Below, piece after piece: positions 61,024-64,000 of a stretch of DNA of 64,000 nucleotides. The position numbers and the translations under genes are program-made. Below the pieces are notes generated by a model. It did no database searches. It was given only the letters and a program-made list of their open reading frames with translations, and had not been told where the DNA came from. Source of the DNA: Neodothiora populina (Eukaryota); assembly GCF_041146345.1 (NCBI RefSeq), contig NW_027191404.1, positions 806,001 to 870,000 on the forward strand, in the 5' to 3' direction. Position 1 is the first letter of the stretch; every line of letters begins with the position of its first letter.

Positions 61024-61872
61024 GCATTGCTACACCGAGTACGGTTCATTATTGCCAGGCAATAACATTTCTGCAAAGTGTATTTATCGTGGGATTGGTC
61101 ATCTTTTGCTTCTATCGTAATAATTGATATTCATGTCATGGTATCTGTACTGTGTTTCGTATGTTACGGATATCGTCAGTAATTGCATGTGTATAACGTA
61201 TTACGCAGATGGAATGCGGTTATCAAACACATGATTATACTGTCTGAACCGTCAACATCCCACAACAACACCGTAGCAGCATAAAAGACACCACTATTAT
61301 ATACACTACATACGTTGAATCATAAGCACTGGTCATGATCATGGAAATATAAGGGGGGTGGGTATAGCTATTTGCAGCATGGTCGCTATGCACAAGTCTG
61401 GCGATCTTGAGGGCGACCCTGGCCTCAATGAGACACACATCTACTGTAGAGCTTGCTTTACTCTATTCAGACAGCAGAACATGCGCCTCAAGCAATAAAC
61501 ATTACAATATAAGAGCCTTGTATACGTACATCAAGTCCATTCGACGGACTTTCCTGGTTATACAGCATGGTGCACGATGAGCAGGCACATGCCTGTTCAG
61601 GATCGGACCAGATCTGCCGATGATGTACCGCTAGTGCGATGATGCACAGTTAAGCCACTCACAGGCCACTCACGAGTACCACTTATTCATACCACCCACC
61701 ATCATCCCTCGGCAACGGTGCGAGCCGCACGCAGACGTTCATCGTGACCCACTGGGCTACTGCTACTGAGTGTCGTTTAGCATGTTGCTCAGCGCCCCTT
61801 AGGACGCCATCAGTGAGGATTGTTGGCGGACGTGGCGGACGCGTTGAGGCCTTTAGTAGGGTTCAGCAGATC

Positions 61873-63170
61873 ATGATCACCCACAGAAAGACCAGGACCG
61901 GCTGTGTCCAGTGCAAGCAAAGACGTATCAAGGTATATATATATAGTCGATACCTTCCCAGTCTTGCAAATTTTGGTTGCTTACGAACATGTGCCAGTGC
62001 GACGAGACGAAACCAAGATGTGAGAAGTGCCGAAGGACCAACCGAGAATGTAGTTTCCAGTCTGTCGGTACACCTAACCCTGCTGTCTCTCATTCGACAG
62101 GACCGAACTCCAATGATGTCTTTACTGTCAAGGAGATGGAGCTCCTGCATCACTTTATCATGCAGACCGGGCCAAGTCTAGTAAATAGCTCCGCTCTTCA
62201 ACGCGTTTGGCAGACCGGTGTTATTGATCTCGCGTTGAAGAATACATTTTTGATGCACACGGTCTTGTCACTATCAGCAATGCATTTGGCATATCTCCGG
62301 CAGAACGATAGTGCAGCATATTCAGTACAAGCCGCGAATCACCAAGACGTTGGCTTAGCTGGGTTTCGTGCAGAGCTCCAGCAGTTCAGTGAGAACAATT
62401 GCCATGCTCTGTTCGCATCCTCAATACTAGTGATTTTCTACATTCCGGCATCTTCTGGAACCAGTATCAACGACGATATGGCCTCTAGCTTCCTCCACGA
62501 GACGCTATTTGTGGCGATCATAGACTGGATACGCCTGATTCGCGGCTGTCATCATATCATCGAACGAGGAAGGCGGTGGCTAGAGCAAGGACCGACCGCA
62601 CTTCTAGTACCTCGTAGGGCTTGGTATAGCACAACCGAGCCGCTTGACGAGCGCGCCCGTGTCGAGGATCGCTACCTTGCCAGCCTTGAAAGACTTTGGG
62701 CACCTGATACTCCCACGCACATGTCGACGTACGACAACGAGGAACTCGAAGCGTATAAAGATGCCCTCATCAAACTCCGTCAGACTTTTGCGCGAATGTC
62801 TCATGCGGCTGATGGACCGATTGATGAATGTGTCTGGTGCAGTCCCCATGGCGAGGTTACCCCCGGGGCTCTAGACGGGCGCGTCCCCCGAATAGTTGCT
62901 GGTGTTCTTTGGTCCATGCTCATACCGGAGAAATTCTTCGAGCTACTGGAACAGCGACGACCGATTGCCCTCATTCTACTTGCCCATAACGCAATAATTG
63001 TCAAACGAACCTCTAAACAGTGGTGGAATAAGGCGCCGGCGATGAAAACGATCACCGCAGTCACCGCAACGCTACATCCCCAATATCATGCATGGATCGA
63101 GTGGCCTCAACGCGAGATCGGGTTCACTACCTCTGAAGAGATTGCTCGACAAAAGTATGTCAATGGCTGA
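61873..63170 (+). CDS. Zn2Cys6 transcription factor (Upc2/Ecm22-like fungal-specific domain), intron 61933-61997
   Basis: HRKTRTGCVQCKQRRIK|CDETKPRCEKCRRTNREC; MELLHHF, FLMHTVLSLSAMHL, ENNCHALFA. Confidence 0.9.
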
Positions 63171-63484
63171 CCATTGTGATACGTACCTCAAGGTATCTCG
63201 AGTACCGTCTTGGCATACAAAGCGTTTGCAGAAGCGTTTGGGGTTTTCGGACATAGTTTGTGGGGTACACCCGCCTCCACACTTCACATGACGGCGCAGA
63301 CAAACATTGCCGGTGGACCGACGCATTCCCGGATGCCCCTCTCGTCAATTGCAGGCGCGGCGACTGCTTGGGAAAACATCATGCATAGATTAATCAATTA
63401 CAGTGGACACCTAGCCGAATCTACTCAACAGTATACGTCGAGGAGATATCGTCACTCAACATTTTCCTCTGTGACATCCTGACC

Positions 63485-64000
63485 ATGGCCTCACAACACC
63501 CTCAAGACATTGCTTATGCAGCATCCATCAACACCCCCGAGAAATATTGGGCTCACCAAGCTGCACAGCTAACTTGGACGGTACCTCCATCGAAGACATT
63601 GGCCCGTCACACAAAGAAGCTAAAGTCTGGAACCTCTCACCATCACTGGCAGTGGTTTCCTGATGGCGAGCTATCGACGAGTTACAACTGCATCGATCGG
63701 CACATTAAGGCTGGAAATGGTGCACAGACTGCGATCGTGTGGGACTCGCCAGTCACGAACAGCAAGGAGAGAATCAGCTATGCTGAGCTCGAGCAAGAAG
63801 TCGCAATCTTGGCGGGTGTGCTTCGCGAAGAGAATGTGAAGAAGGGAGACGTCGTCTTGATCTACATGCCAATGATACCAGCAGCGTTGATTGGTATATT
63901 GGCCACTGTCCGCTTGGGAGCCATACACACCGTTGTTTTTGGTGGATTCAGTTCATCGAGTCTGGCACAAAGAATTGACGCCTCAGCACCACGGCTCATC
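63485..64000 (+). CDS. Propionyl-CoA/acetyl-CoA synthetase-like ligase (PrpE/ACSS3-like), runs off the window end
   Basis: YAASINTPEKYW, WFPDGELSTSYNCIDRH, KKGDVVLIYMPMIP, RLGAIHTVVFGGF. Confidence 0.9.
   Translation, partial: MASQHPQDIAYAASINTPEKYWAHQAAQLTWTVPPSKTLARHTKKLKSGTSHHHWQWFPDGELSTSYNCIDRHIKAGNGAQTAIVWDSPVTNSKERISYAELEQEVAILAGVLREENVKKGDVVLIYMPMIPAALIGILATVRLGAIHTVVFGGFSSSSLAQRIDASAPRLI

Overview
Gene-dense eukaryotic DNA of about 50% GC from a filamentous ascomycete (Pezizomycotina; Dothideomycete-like is inference only). Introns are short GT-AG with CTRAC/CTRAY-type branch sites. I hand-assembled 24 protein-coding genes, in order: OPA3, a cryptic XPF/ERCC1-family (FAAP24/SPO16-like) protein, DOA1/PLAA, a BTB protein, an SDR, Lsb1/Pin3-like SH3, a HAD hydrolase, ORM1, IFRD, a long calponin, an NDUFAF2/NDUFA12-like protein, an S10 carboxypeptidase, RPN6, a 2274-aa repeat/coiled-coil protein, RPL27, RAS2, a membrane-anchored double amidohydrolase, LCP5, an Mpv17-family protein, a divergent H3/H4 pair, a HAD-II dehalogenase, a Zn2Cys6 factor and a truncated propionyl/acetyl-CoA ligase. 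I recognised no rRNA, tRNA, CRISPR array or intact transposon. The best leads are: (1) an IFRD (ribosome-hibernation family) gene carrying Gcn4/CpcA sites, a CRE and a uORF; (2) the FAAP24/SPO16-like gene, whose N-terminus the ORF track misses; (3) the giant protein with helical repeats and TKxD beta-layer-like motifs; (4) very long AUG-free leaders on RAS2 and ORM1; (5) an out-of-frame PTS2-like uORF just before the CoA ligase. All family calls come from motif recognition by eye; no database search was run.
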